From assembly GCA_951406725.2 (NCBI GenBank), contig OX597815.1:105586001-105650000 (forward strand): DNA of 64,000 bases, read 5' to 3'. The position numbers and the translations under genes are program-made. The DNA comes from Octopus vulgaris. Lineage: Eukaryota. Below, in pieces: positions 38,955-51,921 of this stretch (its first letter is position 1; every line of letters starts with the position of its first letter). A model generated the notes under the pieces. It had not been told where the DNA came from and did no database searches. It was given only the letters and a program-made list of their open reading frames with translations.

Positions 38955-39640
38955 TTAATGATTTCAAATTTTGGCACAAGGCCCGCAATTTCGATAGAGG
39001 GAGTAAGTCGATTACATTGACCCCACTGCACAACTGGTACTTATTTTATCGACTTCAAAAGGTAAAAATCGACCTCGATGAAATTTGAACGCAGAACGTA
39101 AAGAGCGACGAAATGCTGCTGAAAATTCTACTTTCTACTAATAATAACCCTTTCTACTAAAGGTACAAGGCCTGAAATTTTGTGGGAGTCCTCAACTGGT
39201 ACTTATTTTATCAACCTTGAAAGGATAAAAGGCAAAGTCGACCTCGGCGAAATTTGAACTCAGAACGTAAAGAGGGACGAAGTGCCGCTAAGCATTTTGC
39301 CTTGCGTGCTAACAATTCTGCCAGCTCGTCACCTTAATAATCCCTTCTACTAAAGGCACAAGGCCTGAAATTTGGAGGGAGGGAGGGAACTAGTCGATTA
39401 TACTGACCCCGGTGTTTCACTGGTACTTGTTTTATCGACCACGAAAGGATAAGATGCAAAGTCGACCATGGCGGAATACTTAATAATAATAATAATAATA
39501 ATAATTCTTTCTACTATAAGCACAAGGCCTGAAATTTAGGATCGGGGGACAAATCGATTTCATCGACCTCAGTGTTTCACTGGTACTTAATTTATCGACC
39601 CTGAAAGGATGAAAGGCAAAGTCGACCTCGGCGGAATACT
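38955..39640 (-). mobile_element. Tandem run of ~4 SINE family B copies interleaved with (TAA)n
   Basis: Repeated ttctacta.aggcacaaggcctgaaattt...ctggtactt..tttatcgacc..gaaaggat units. Confidence 0.85.
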
Positions 39641-39648
39641 TAATAATG

Positions 39649-39713
<65 letters not shown>

Positions 39714-40420
39714 CTATGTAAATGTTTGTTCAATGTTTGACTTATCCTGCCGCGCTTTAAAACGTTTAGAGAGGGGGAGTGAGTGTACCAAAACGAGATT
39801 CAAGAAGCATTAACATATAAGGTGCCGAATGGGTACATATACTAAGCTTGCTGGCAGACAATGAGTAATAAAAATGCTACGCACTGTGAGAGGGCGAGAA
39901 TCATAGAGGAGAAAATTATAGAGTAGTTAGTCGTAGCTGAAAATGACTCAGCAATATCTAATATTTATTGGAATGAATATTTTCCTAAGATGATTTTCAA
40001 GCTGCTTGGCAACAGATGAAGTCCCTATGGGATTTTTTTTTTTATGCGTTAATAATCCGGATATTTGCAAGCTTAAGAATTTATAGAAACTGTTAAAATG
40101 AATATATCACTATAACTGCAACAAAAGCATTTATGCACTTTTGCCACCTTGGATAATATGAGGAAATTTGGCATGCATATAACAATTAGAATTTGATTTC
40201 AGCTCTCAACTGGTACTTATTTTATCGACCACGATAAGATGAAAAGAAAAGTCGACTTCGGTGGAGTTTGAACTTACAATGTGAAGACGGACAAAATGCT
40301 ACTAAGCATTTTTACCCGATATACTAACGATTCTGGCAGCTCACCGCCGTCGTAAGATAATTATAATTTAACTTTTATGAAATTACCCATGGTCGTAAAA
40401 GTATACTTTAGAAGTATAAT

Positions 40421-40492
40421 TCTAATTCTAAATTCTAATTCTAAAGGGTCGAAAAGAAAACAAGCCCGAGCAACGCTGGGCTATACTGCTAG
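40421..40492 (+). mobile_element. Helitron-like 3' terminus (possible mini-element)
   Basis: cccgagcaacgctggg hairpin plus ctatactgCTAG; tctaa repeats at the 5' side. Confidence 0.55.
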
Positions 40493-41534
40493 TGTATGTG
40501 TATATATATGTATATATACCGTTGCCCGGTTACATTCAATTGAAGAATTAGACTTTTATGTTATATTTTCTGAATGAACTGGAATATCTATGTTTCGAAT
40601 TTCATCAAAATCGCAGATGAGAGTTATTTCCCTCTTTACACACCCTAAAAAATTGTAATCGTGCCAAAAGACGAATGATCACAATAATCAGTCAGTTACC
40701 CTACCCTAGTCGTTACCACTCCCAATGTAGGATTCCTCACCATCCAGGTGACAGGCACAGCCGTAAGTTTCATTACGAATCTATAGCAATTGGAAGGGCG
40801 TGACCCAACTGAAATCAACATTAACAACTGTGTGACGTGAGGGTTTAGGAGAAATTAAAGTGTCACCTCTGGAGTTTGCAAATGACCACTATACTGATAC
40901 GTAACTGGACAGAATGAATTTAAAATCTATAAATGTCTTTGAATAACCAGTCACTCATCTGGGAAGGTCTTGTAATCAATGTTACCATCTAGGGACTATG
41001 TGTGACCCAGTGATAATAAAAAGACTGAAAGGAGGTCTGCAATCAAATAACTTTACTCAACACTTTGCAACTGAATCAGTGGAGACAAAGGTGCCTCTCA
41101 TTTACTTAACAATTTATGCACCACATTGCAGAAATCACAATGTAAGTGTATGTCAAAGCAAACTGTTACACTGTTGTACCATTGAATTAGAAATAATGCC
41201 CAACTTTTATGCTCGGGTAACCCTACAGCTTCCAAGAGCACAACTGTATTCGTTTTTGCTTAGATAAAATGACAAAATTGTGGGTGTTAAGTCCCTATGG
41301 AGGGGTCTTTCTAACTTTGTAAGAAGATGAAATTTTATAAATATTACTTCATTTGTGTCTAATATCTATGGTTAAAATTTCATTAACAGCAAAAATATAT
41401 GAATTGTCATGGGGTTATGGCCCTTATGCTTAGAATATAATTTCCAAATTTCAAAAAGATCCATTCAGTATTTTTGACCTAGTTTTGGATCATAAAAGAA
41501 ATTACTAAAATTTGGGAGTTAAGGCTCCCATTAG

Positions 41535-42150
41535 GGTGTTATATATATATATACCCACACCCCACCTGTGCTTTCTCCACTCTCGCCTCCCCCACCTCCC
41601 CACAACATCACACCACACTACACTACACCATACAACATTACACATCACATCACAACACACCACCACAGCACACCGCCCACACACCCATCCCCACATCTTT
41701 ACACCTACACATACATACACATATCACATCACAACACACCACTCACACACCCCTCCCCACATCTCCACACCCACAAATACTCACGCACGTCCAGACCACC
41801 AGCCCTCTTTCACACGCACATACATACTCTCTTATACACACACGCACCTTTGTGTTGGGGGCACCTTCGTTTTGGAAGTCACTTGACCCTGTTATCTCCC
41901 CTACTGTCCCTCTCGCGTCTGACCACTGTCCGAAGTCTGGACGCCATGATAGATCGTTAGCTCCTACACGCATTTTTTTCTCTCCTTGTTTCTCTCCTTG
42001 TTTTTTTCTGTGTATCTTTCTGTCGAAGAGCGTAGGCTCGAAACGTAAAAGACTTTTTCTATTTCTATTCCTGAGCGCTATACTAATACATTTGTTTGTT
42101 TGTACTCCACCTGCCGTCGTCTTTTGTTTATTTTCGTAAACCTTCCCGTT
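41535..42150 (+). mobile_element. PLE-type terminal repeat with C/A-rich leader and minimal HHR, bounded by (TA)n
   Basis: Similar to 58020-58856 (gcaccttcgttttgg..., ctaatacat..gtttg..tcgtcttttg..gtaaa); contains the HHR at 42015-42052. Confidence 0.65.
42015..42052 (+). ncRNA. Minimal type I hammerhead motif (variant core CUGUCGA)
   Basis: tcttt-ctgtcga-a-gagc-gtag-gctc-gaaa-cgt-a-aaaga. Confidence 0.65.
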
Positions 42151-42254
42151 ATATAGATATAGATATAGATATAGATATATACACACACACACACAAAGAT
42201 AAATTGATAGATACAACTGAGTGGGCAAACAAAAATATGAGACACAGCCTAGTG

Positions 42255-42452
42255 CTTTTTTATGTTAATAAACCTAGTACTTATTCTATTAGTTTGTTTT
42301 TGTGAAACCAGTAAGTTTTGTGGATGTAAATAAATGAACAGCAGTTGTGAAGCAGTGATGAGGGCGAAACACAGACACAAAGACACACACATACACTTAC
42401 ATATATACATATATATACGATTGATTTGTTTCAGTTCCTGTCTACGAAATCC
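42255..42452 (-). mobile_element. SINE family A fragment; target of the RTE insertion
   Basis: aaacctagtacttattctat...aaacacagacacaaagacac...tttcagttcctgtctac matches the SINE A reverse complement. Confidence 0.7.
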
Positions 42453-42460
42453 ATATATAT

Positions 42461-45183
42461 TGTTGTTGGCATCCTTTTTGTCTCGGGCGACAATGGAGTT
42501 GCGCATAAAATAATCTAGTCCGGCTTTTACATTTCATGTCCTAATACATCTGCTGTGGCTATGTAGTCCTATCCTGGACAAACACTCCCTCTGGCAGGTG
42601 CCGCAAATGTGGCGAAGACTTTGCCTGGATGGTTGTAATGTCATACTTTCTTGTTGATGTATTTTCTTGTCTTTCCATTTCTCCTCTCCCTCTATGTCAC
42701 TCCTTTGTGTTCCCTCTTTTACGGTACGTCGCCAATCTCCACGGTTGCTGGCAACTGCTTCCCAGTTGGTAATATTGATGTTGCAGGCATTCATGTCCCT
42801 TTTGCAAACATCCTTGTATCGTAAGAACGGTCTTCCCACAGATCTAGTGCCCCTAGCAAGCTCTCCGTTAAGTATGTCCTTAGGGATTCTGCCATCTTCC
42901 ATACGGCTAACATGTCGAAGCCATCTCATACGTCTTTGTGTGAGGAGTGTAAACATGCTTGGTATCCCTGCTTGCTTGAAGACATCTTTGTTGGGGACAT
43001 GATTCTGCCATTTGATGCGAAGGATTTTCCGGAGGCAGCGCAGGTGAAAGATATTTAGGCGACGTATGGCGTCGTATGGCGTGTGTATGGCGTCCAAGTT
43101 TCACTTCCATACAGTAGAGTGCTTAGTACACATGCCTGGTAAATCTTCATTTTTGTGGTCTTGGTCAGCTTATTGTTGTCCCATGCCCATTTGGAGAATT
43201 GGGCCATCACAGCAGCTGCCTTGCCAATGCGTATATTGAGATCAGTATCAAGGGATAGGTTGTAGGTGACGGTAGAGCCAAGATAGGTACTTCTCCACCT
43301 CCTGTAGTCTGTAGTCTCCAATATGTATGTTTGGGATGGTCGATGTAGCCTGACCCATGATGTTGGTCTTCTTGAGGCTGATAAATAAGCCAAAGTTGCC
43401 ACATGCTTGCTCAAAACAGTTGATGAGCCTTTGTAGGACTTCTTCTGTGTGTGATACCAGAGCGACATCATCAGCAAATAGCATCTCCTTGATCAGGACG
43501 CTTCTGATTTTGGTCTTGGCACGCAGACGCGAGAGATTGAATAGTTTCCCATCACTTCTACTGTGCAGAAACACTCCATCATCTGATGTCACAAAGGTAT
43601 GTGACAGCAGCAGCGAGAAGAAGATGCCAAATAATGTAGGAGCAAGGACACAACCTTGCTTTACTCCATTTTTTATTTGGAAGGCGGCTGATGTTGAACC
43701 ATTGTGCTGTATGGTGCCTTTCATATCATCATGGAAAGATGTGATGATCCTCAGCAGCTTTGGTGGACATCCGATTTTTTGGAGCAGGATGAAGAGGCCT
43801 TTTCTACTTACCAAGTCAAAGGCCTTTGTCAGATCAATGAAGGCCATATATAATAGCATTTTCTGCTCTCTGGACCTCTCCTGAAGTTGGCGTATGGAGA
43901 ATATCATGTCAATAGTTGATCTGCTTCTTCTAAAGCCACACTGCGATTCTGGATAAATTCGAGAAGCAAGCAGTTGCAGCCTGGACAGGATAATGCGAGC
44001 AGAGGCCTTTCCAACAGTACTTAGAAGAGTAATTGTTACAATCACCACGGTCACCTTTGTTTTTGTAATGCGTTTTGTAATGATGTTAGCATCCCGCATA
44101 TCCTGAGGGACTGTACCCTCTTCCCAGCACTGACACAGAAGCTCATGAATGTGCCGAAGCAGGATGGTGTTTTTGCCGGTTTTGATGATTTCTAAGGGGA
44201 TGTCGTCTTTTCCCGGAGCCTTGTTACTTGCTAGGGAGTCAATAGCCTTGGTGAGCTCTGCTATAGATGGCAGACTGTCAAGTTCACACATGTCTGGCAA
44301 GATCTTGACACCCTCGATTGCAGCCTCAGCTACCGTGGTCTCTCGTGAGTACAGATCCTGGTAGTACTCCACCCATGTATGGATTTGCTTGCTTTGGTTC
44401 TTGATGAGATCCCCAGTAGTTGATTTCAGAGGGGCTGACTTGGTTGCGGATGGACCGAGAGCCTTCTTCAAACTGGCATACATCCCACAGGTGTCGCAAC
44501 TGTCAGCAGCTGACTGGATACTCTGACAGATTTCCTGCCAATACTTATTTGCACAGCGTCTGGCAGTCAGTTGGGTTTTATTTCTAGCCTTTGTGAGTTC
44601 TTCGAGTGACTTTGTAGAAGAATCACTCTTGTATTTCATCAGAGCTGCACGCTTTGTTTCGATAACTGTTTCCAGTTCTGAGAGCCCAGCACTGAACAAA
44701 ATCTGGGTTTTGCCTTTCTCTCATGCCGAAAGTATCTATTGATGTTGTATACAAAGCTTCCCTGATATAATTCCACCTACTTTCAGCAGAGGTGGTTGGG
44801 TAGCTACTAAGGGCAACTTTGATAGAAACAGTAAAACATTGTCGCAGTGTAGGGTCAGGGGTTCTGGCAGTGTTAATGCGTGGTCGGCCCATTTTCTTGG
44901 AGTGTTGGACTTTTTTAGGCAGAATTCTCACCCTGCTTCTTATTAGTGAATGATCTGTGTCACAATCCGCGCTGTGGTAACTACGAGTCAGTTGAACAGA
45001 ATTCAGAAAGGGTATTCGTGTAATGATGAGATCCAGCTGATGCCAGTGGTGAGATCTTGGATGTCTCCAAGATGCCTTGTGGGATGTCTTGTTGGCAAAG
45101 AATGTGTTAGTGATGCACAGGTTATGGTATGTGCAAAATTCAAGCAGTCTCTGGCCATTGTCATTCATGTTGCCAATACCAAA
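42461..45183 (-). mobile_element. RTE-clade LINE, 5'-truncated (APE C-terminus, RT, C-terminal finger), frameshifted
   Basis: ORFs 44623-45219 (GNMNDNGQRLLEFC, WRHPRS, CDTDH), 43248-44699 (PESQCGFR, FIDLTKAFD, GVKQGCVLAP, LFADD), 42534-43097 (RRMRWL..MEDGRIPK); (CAA) tail; long TSD. Confidence 0.95.
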
Positions 45184-45194
45184 ACACATACATT

Positions 45195-45226
<32 letters not shown>

Positions 45227-45259
45227 CGATCGATTTGTTTCAGTTCCTGTCTACGAAAT

Positions 45260-45297
<38 letters not shown>

Positions 45298-45304
<7 letters not shown>

Positions 45305-45505
45305 AAGTTAATCCAAACATGAAAGCACAAAAAATCACAACAACGCGAGGATGTGGAATAAATATAGTATTATTGGACGCTCAGGAAAGAAGGAGGGTTT
45401 AACGTTTCGAGCGGAGCTCTTCGTCGGAAACATAGGAGAAGGAAAGATCCAGAGAAGGGAAGACAGAGGAAAAAAATCGCCAACGGTACACACGTGGTAC
45501 ACACA
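45298..45505 (-). mobile_element. PLE-type terminal repeat with minimal HHR, abutting (TA)n
   Basis: Shares gaagagc..gctcgaaacgt..ttcctgagcg with 42020-42080; a second tail fragment follows at 45525-45610. Confidence 0.65.
45397..45431 (-). ncRNA. Minimal type I hammerhead motif (variant core CCGACGA)
   Basis: Minus strand gttt-ccgacga-a-gagc-tcc-gctc-gaaa-cgt-t-aaac. Confidence 0.65.
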
Positions 45506-45777
45506 CATACATACATATATATATTTGGAATTTACAAAAGAAACGAACAAAAGACGAAGACGGGTGTGTAAACAGCAAACAGGTTTATTAGTTTAACGCT
45601 CCGGACTTAGGAAAATTTATACAGGGAGTACTACTGATTTTAAAAATAGATATAGGGGACACAAAAATTCATTTATTCACCCCTATATAAAAAATTACAG
45701 ACATTTTAGTATGTTGTAAGCATAAATATTTAGCGTCTTATAATTTTCTTAAACTTTAAAATATAATTTTTTAGAAT

Positions 45778-46029
45778 GTCGCCCAGAGCGAGCTCTGGTC
45801 GCCATAGCGTCGACTGTACACAGCACTGGGCGACATTGGGTCTTTGCCTCCACTAAATCTATTCTGTCCAGTTACGTATCCGTATAGTGGTGACACTTTC
45901 ATTTCTCCTTGTCGACTGTGGGCTGGTAGCTGTAGACGGTCGACCCAACGTCGCCCAGAGCGGACTCTGGTCGCCATAGCGTCGACTGTGGGCCGGTGGC
46001 TGTGTACAGTCGACCCAACGTTGCCCAGA
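45778..46029. repeat. GC-rich ~70-bp minisatellite-like repeat with internal palindromes
   Basis: gtcgcccagagcg..ctctggtcgccatagcgtcgactgt twice; gtcgactgtggg..gtcgacccaacgt.gcccaga twice. Confidence 0.8.
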
Positions 46030-46036
46030 CATATAT

Positions 46037-46135
<99 letters not shown>

Positions 46136-46155
46136 TAGATATAGATATATATACA

Positions 46156-46355
46156 TGTTGCCCACCGGATGCTCCAAATCACATAGGCAAGTTTGAAGAT
46201 TGTCTCACAAGAATTAAAGAAATCCTCATGAATCTGGAACACCACGTAACCATATTTATTATGGGTGATTTCAACTTCCCCAACGTCAAATGGCCCGAAA
46301 GTCTCATACTTTCAGGAATGAATCATTGCAAGCAAGTACAGGTGGAGTCCAAGTT
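46156..46355 (+). mobile_element. CR1/L2-type LINE APE endonuclease fragment
   Basis: CPPDAPNHIGKFEDCLTRIKEIL...IFIMGDFNFPNVKW. Confidence 0.75.
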
Positions 46356-46788
46356 ATATCTTGGTATCGCTAGTGATAACAATACTCAAAATATATGACA
46401 GACTGGAATTGTAGGCCCGTCTCTTGCAATTTCGATCAATTGGATCTTGTCCTCCCTCTTGTATCGAAGTGTACGGCTGCAGCGAAATTCATTTTGGACT
46501 TTCTTCTATCGAATGCATTTTAACAAAAATGCTTCCGTAAAGACGATGAAAATATTGTCAATTTCCCCAAACAGAGACAAATTCAATTTTCAAACAATAA
46601 CCCTCTGAAAGTGGGGGGGTTACGGTTTACAATTATTTAACAACGTTTCCCTGACGAGGAACCAACAAATGTGATTACAATAGTCAAGCAGTAATAATAA
46701 TAACAACAAACCTTTTTAATTTATCCCCATTTATGTGAAACCACTTATTCAAGTTCAAGTCATTGATGCAATTTTATACGAATTGCTA

Positions 46789-46828
<40 letters not shown>

Positions 46829-46954
46829 ACACACACACACATAATAAGGGTGAAAAATTGAATATAAATTTGATTAATATGAATCAATGGTGTAGCATAT
46901 AAGACCATAGCGGATTTTCTTCTAGCAAAATGGATGACCACTGTTAATGGTTCA

Positions 46955-47242
46955 TCCCTGTTGTATAATACTTTCACTTTAATAGTTTCAGTATGAAAGT
47001 GAATGTCTGCATTACAATAGAGAGATGTTTTTGTTTTAACACATAATACTGAAATAGTGGAGAAGATATGATATTGCTGTGGGGTCGCCCTAGGGAAAAA
47101 GTTGAATTTTTTTTTTGCCGATGATACTCCCCGGACATGTGTAAAATTTGAATGAAATTGGTTGTGTAGTTCTCAAGTTTTAGAGAAACACACACACAGA
47201 CAGACAGACAGACGCACATTCTCAGTTTTATATATACAGAGA
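46955..47242 (-). mobile_element. Helitron-like element, 5' part
   Basis: Minus strand starts tctctgtatatataaaactgagaatgtgcgtctgtctgtctgtgtg, same layout as the 34887 element. Confidence 0.55.
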
Positions 47243-47245
47243 TAT

Positions 47246-47575
47246 ATACAAAATTTAGAGGACTGACCACTAAAAGTAGACAGCCTGTATGCTAGATATA
47301 GATGTCAAAATCGCCATTTTCCACGAAGAATGTGTTCTCAAGAAAAAATTTCAGCAAAAAAAAACCAAGTGTAAAAATAAGCAAGACAAATGAAAATATA
47401 CGAAATAAAAAACTTTTTTATTTCGTATATTTTCATTTGTCTTGCTTATTTTTACACTATTTTTTTGCTGACTTTTTTCTTGAGAACACATTCTTCGGGG
47501 AAAATGGCGATTTTGACGTCCATATCTAGCATACAGGCTGTCCACTTTTAGCAGTCAGTCCTCTAAATTTTGTAT
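47246..47575. repeat. ~165-bp-arm palindrome centred on a single base (47413)
   Basis: atacaaaatttagaggactgac.../...gtcagtcctctaaattttgtat; inner ~46 bp perfect, outer arms with scattered mismatches. Confidence 0.92.
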
Positions 47576-47682
47576 GTAAAAAATTTTTAATCTTCGGATT
47601 TTTTAAAATATGCTATGCCACTGGTTTTAATTGATTAATATGAATTCCTACCCTTATTTAATTTTATATATATATATATTTA

Positions 47683-47716
<34 letters not shown>

Positions 47717-48153
47717 CATGCATGCATATATGTATGCATGCATGTATGTATGCATGCATGTATGTATGCATGCATGTATGTATGCATGCATGTATGTATG
47801 TATGAATATATGTAGGTATGTAGGTATGTATGTATGTAAGAAGTTATTCTACTCAGTTTCGCCCCAGGCTGGGCTCTTCTCCACTCCATGAACAGCCCAG
47901 TCTGGGACGAAAGTCTGATTAGACTGCGAACTTTTAACATAATATGCATCTCTTTATGCATCCACTTTACCCAACGTATTGAGTTCTTTTGGCAAATGAT
48001 TTTTCACCTTTCGTCTGTCTTTACGTTCTGAGTTCAAATCCTGCCTGGGGTTGATTTGCCTTTCATCCTTTCGAGGTCGATAAATAAGTATAGTTAAACA
48101 CTAGGGTCGATGTAATCAACTTATTCTTCTCATGAAATATACTTTGCAACTAG

Positions 48154-48528
48154 GGCGACGAGCTGGCAGAAATGTTAGCATGCGAAATGCTTTGTGGTAT
48201 TTCGTCCGCCGCTGCGTTCTGAGTTCAAATTCCGCCGAGGTCGACTTTGCCTCTCATCCTTTCGGGGTTGATAAATTAAGTGCCAGTTACGCACTGGGGT
48301 CAATGTAATCGACTTAATCCGTTTGTCTATCCTTGTTTGTCCTCTCTGTGTTTAGCCCCTTGTGGGTAGTAAAGAAATAGGTATTTCGTCCGTCTGAGTT
48401 AAAATTCCGCTGAGGTTGACTTTGCCTTTCAGCCTTTCGGGGTCGATTAAATAAGTACCAGTTGAACACAGAGATCGATGTAATCGACTTAACCCCTTCC
48501 CCGAAATCGCGGGCCTTGCGCCAAATTT
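48154..48528 (+). mobile_element. SINE family B: full copy plus partial tandem copy (another partial at ~47990-48135)
   Basis: ggcgacgagctggcagaa...gagttcaaattccgccgaggtcgactttgcct.tcatcctttcgggg. Confidence 0.9.
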
Positions 48529-48654
48529 TACTTTACAACTCTTCTTTCACGTGTATCTGTCTCTCTGTGTTTATATACATGCACACGCGTATATATAGCT
48601 ATATATATGCATGAGTGCGAAAGTGTGTGCGTGTGTATGTGTGTGTATGTGTTT

Positions 48655-48990
48655 CCTAAATACAGAACATCCAGCGAACATGTTAATGGAGAAACTGTTG
48701 GAAAGACTACAAATCACGAAACTCCTCTTTAAATTGCTAAAATGTGGAACATGAAGTAGTTTGGACATGTAATACAACACCATGACACCCTACCTCAAGT
48801 GAATATAGTCATGCATGGATGAAGTTTCGGCAAGAGAGGTATAGAAAGACCACAAAGGCTGTGATTGAGCAACATCAGTGTATGGACAGAGAGGAAGATG
48901 GTGGTAAACATGAGGTCGGTTAATAACTAGAAATGGTGGAGGGGAGGAGTTGTGTGCTTTGCTGAGCACCTACAGCCGCCCCAGAGGGGT
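48655..48990 (+). mobile_element. Old RTE-like LINE 3' fragment
   Basis: K*FGHVIQHHDTL...GKRGIERPQRL*LSNI resembles WFGHV..R / GKR.RGRP..RW.D.I. Confidence 0.55.
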
Positions 48991-51034
48991 TTTTGATTGA
49001 TTGTTATATACTTGTACTTAGGAAATATCAGAACATAGAAAGAAAGAGTTGGAGTTGATGTAACTCCGATATGTTATTGATTGAAAGGACGCCAATAGGC
49101 AAACATTTTACAAGAATAGAATTTTATTGACTTAAAGTGAATGCAGATTATAGCAATATGGAGTAACTATCCAAACCACCCTCAATAAAAATGGAATAGT
49201 CATTTTGACAAGTTTCTGTCCGGAAGTTAGCGTTGAATTAAGAAATATGAGATGTAATTCAATAAAACCACTCAATAAGAAAAATATATATGACCAAATG
49301 ATTTGCTGTATTTAGTTACAGCCTTTTACGTTCGATGTTCAAATCCCGTCGAAGCTACCTTCCATCTTTCTTGTGTCTATAAAATAAAGTATTAATCAAG
49401 TGTTGAGTTTGATTTAGCCATCTATACTTTCCTCCAAAATATGTGGATTTGTGTCAATGTAAGAAATTAATATCTAAATGTTTCAGCTGCATAGTAATAT
49501 CTAAGGAAAGCTGGAATAGCCAAATGGAAATCGGGATCGTGGGATCAGTGCTTAATAACATATGGCCTGTACAACATTGTTTTCTCTGATTAGGGCACTT
49601 AAACCTCAAGATACGCAATCCATTTAACCGTAAATATGTAACATAATCAAAGAAAAATTCATAAGATTGACAATAAGTGTCTGTATGTTGGAAAAGATCG
49701 TCTCCAGTAGCCTTATTTGCTCCATGTAGGAGGCGAAGTTCCGGGTGGGTGAGATTACCACCTAATGGATAAAGGATCAAGATATTCATCATGATAAAAA
49801 TACGATTAAATCTATTACAAATTTCATATAATATTCAACTATACCGTATTTATTTACACAGTGTTTTTACGACTTTTTTAAAAGTCATTTATTCTCCCTC
49901 TCCCTTAAATGAGTTTTCTGTATATAGCTTTTGTCAAACAACACTCATAAAATTGTTCTTTATAAAACCATTCTTCATACAATATTTTGTTTTGCTAAAC
50001 TTTTTACGAGAATTTTTCTATAAGCACAAATATCTTACACTTCTTTATTCAATATTTTTCACAAAAAAAGAAATACAAAAGTTATTTGATTCTGTAAACT
50101 TCAAATATACAGTAAGCTGACAATAGCTTCACGTATACAATGACTTTAAATATATGATAACGTGACATGGAAATATTTATGGAAATATATATGACGTGAT
50201 CATGAATTAAAACGTCGCTTCGCTAAAGAAGTTGATAATAAAAATGTAACAACCATCAGTCAGTGTCACAATCACCGGAACAATTGTTGAGGAGTAGAAA
50301 ATATCGAGAAACAGGATATTGCTATATCAAAAAACAGACGATTTTCAATATTTTTGACAAATCTTGAATGTCAGGTATACAGGACGGACTATTGATAGAT
50401 TTTAGAGTTGACTTTAGTAGAAATAAAAAAGAAACAAAAGAGAATAAAAACAGGGGCAAAAGTGGGCAAAAAATATTTTATGTACCAAGGTCTCTTGTGG
50501 CAAAGATTATGATTAAATTTGAAAGCGGTGGAAACGTTAAAACTGCATTGAAGTAATAGACCACCTCTTATACCCATGAAGGACAATTGGAAAATTCTTT
50601 ACAATGTAAATAAAACGTAAAGAGGAACTTTGAATTATGTTACTTCAATATTTAACAGAGCAGTACTTAAAGAGCAGCACATTAACTTGATATTTAATAC
50701 TCTTACACACGCGAACACATAGACGCAGAAACAACAATGGTTGCATGTTCGTGTTTGTGTGTGTGTGTTAGGGGTTTGCATGCTTACAAACATAATAGAC
50801 AAGAAATATAGTTAAAGATGTAAAAATTTAGATTGTTAACTAATTGTATAAATAAAGTTATTTAATGTAATGAACACCAAAAATATAAGAACTGTGCGGT
50901 GTGGAAAAGAAAAGGAAATTAATTCAATTACTAGTGATATTTTAATCAGTTCAGAAAATGCGGGAGACAAATCTAGACATGCTTAAGCCTCAGAGAATCT
51001 TTGTTGAATAGAATTACTAAGTTAATGTACAATA

Positions 51035-51240
51035 TTGGTTTCAAATTTTAGTACAAGACCAGGAATCTTGTGGGAGAGGGTTAGTTGATTACATCGATCC
51101 CAGTGATCAACTGGTACTTATTTTATCGATAAAAGATAAAGTCAACCTCGACTGTATTTTAACTCAAAACGAAAAGACGGACGAAATGCCGCTAAGCATC
51201 TTGCGCGGCATGCTAACGATTTTGTCAGCTCGCCGTCTTA
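51035..51240 (-). mobile_element. SINE family B
   Basis: caactggtacttattttatcg..gacgaaatgccgctaagcat..cagctcgccg. Confidence 0.8.
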
Positions 51241-51921
51241 TAAGTGTACAATATTTTGAATGAGTAGAAGGCGACAGAATCGTCAGCACGTTAGACTTAT
51301 CCCTTCCACCAAACTTACTGGCCTTGCACCAAAATTCAAAACCAATATTATAAATGTATAGGTGTAAAAAAAATAAGCATCTTTTTTAATCATCGGAAAC
51401 GCTTTCTGCATGAAATAGTGTTAAAACTATTAATTAAACCTAGTGTTTTTGTTTTGCTTTGTTTCTTAATACTCTAACTATTCATCTCTATTCACGTGCA
51501 ATATTGAACACCCACGCAGTGATTCTCTGATTGCTATTTCAGCAGATACAGTGAACTCATAAGTCGAATAACAAGACTAAAACATGTCGAGCGTTGTTCT
51601 CCATGCTTACCAAAAGGATTAAAACAAAATTTATCATTGAGCTAATCTCATCTTTTAGTCAACACATAATTATTTATAATTAGCCCCACTGCCCTGCTTT
51701 CCCCAAGTTTATAGAAAATATCAGAAACAGTTACTTAGCCTGTGACCTTCTTAATGAGATATGCCCACTATGAAGCACTATAGCTACATAGAAACAGAAC
51801 TATGGCCTACAGCTTGGAAGAAACATACATTCATTTCCACGTGTTAAGATTATATTTTTTATTCTCACTGCATTAAATTAGTTATATTGTTTTTCATGTA
51901 TATGGCATCACTGGGTAACTA

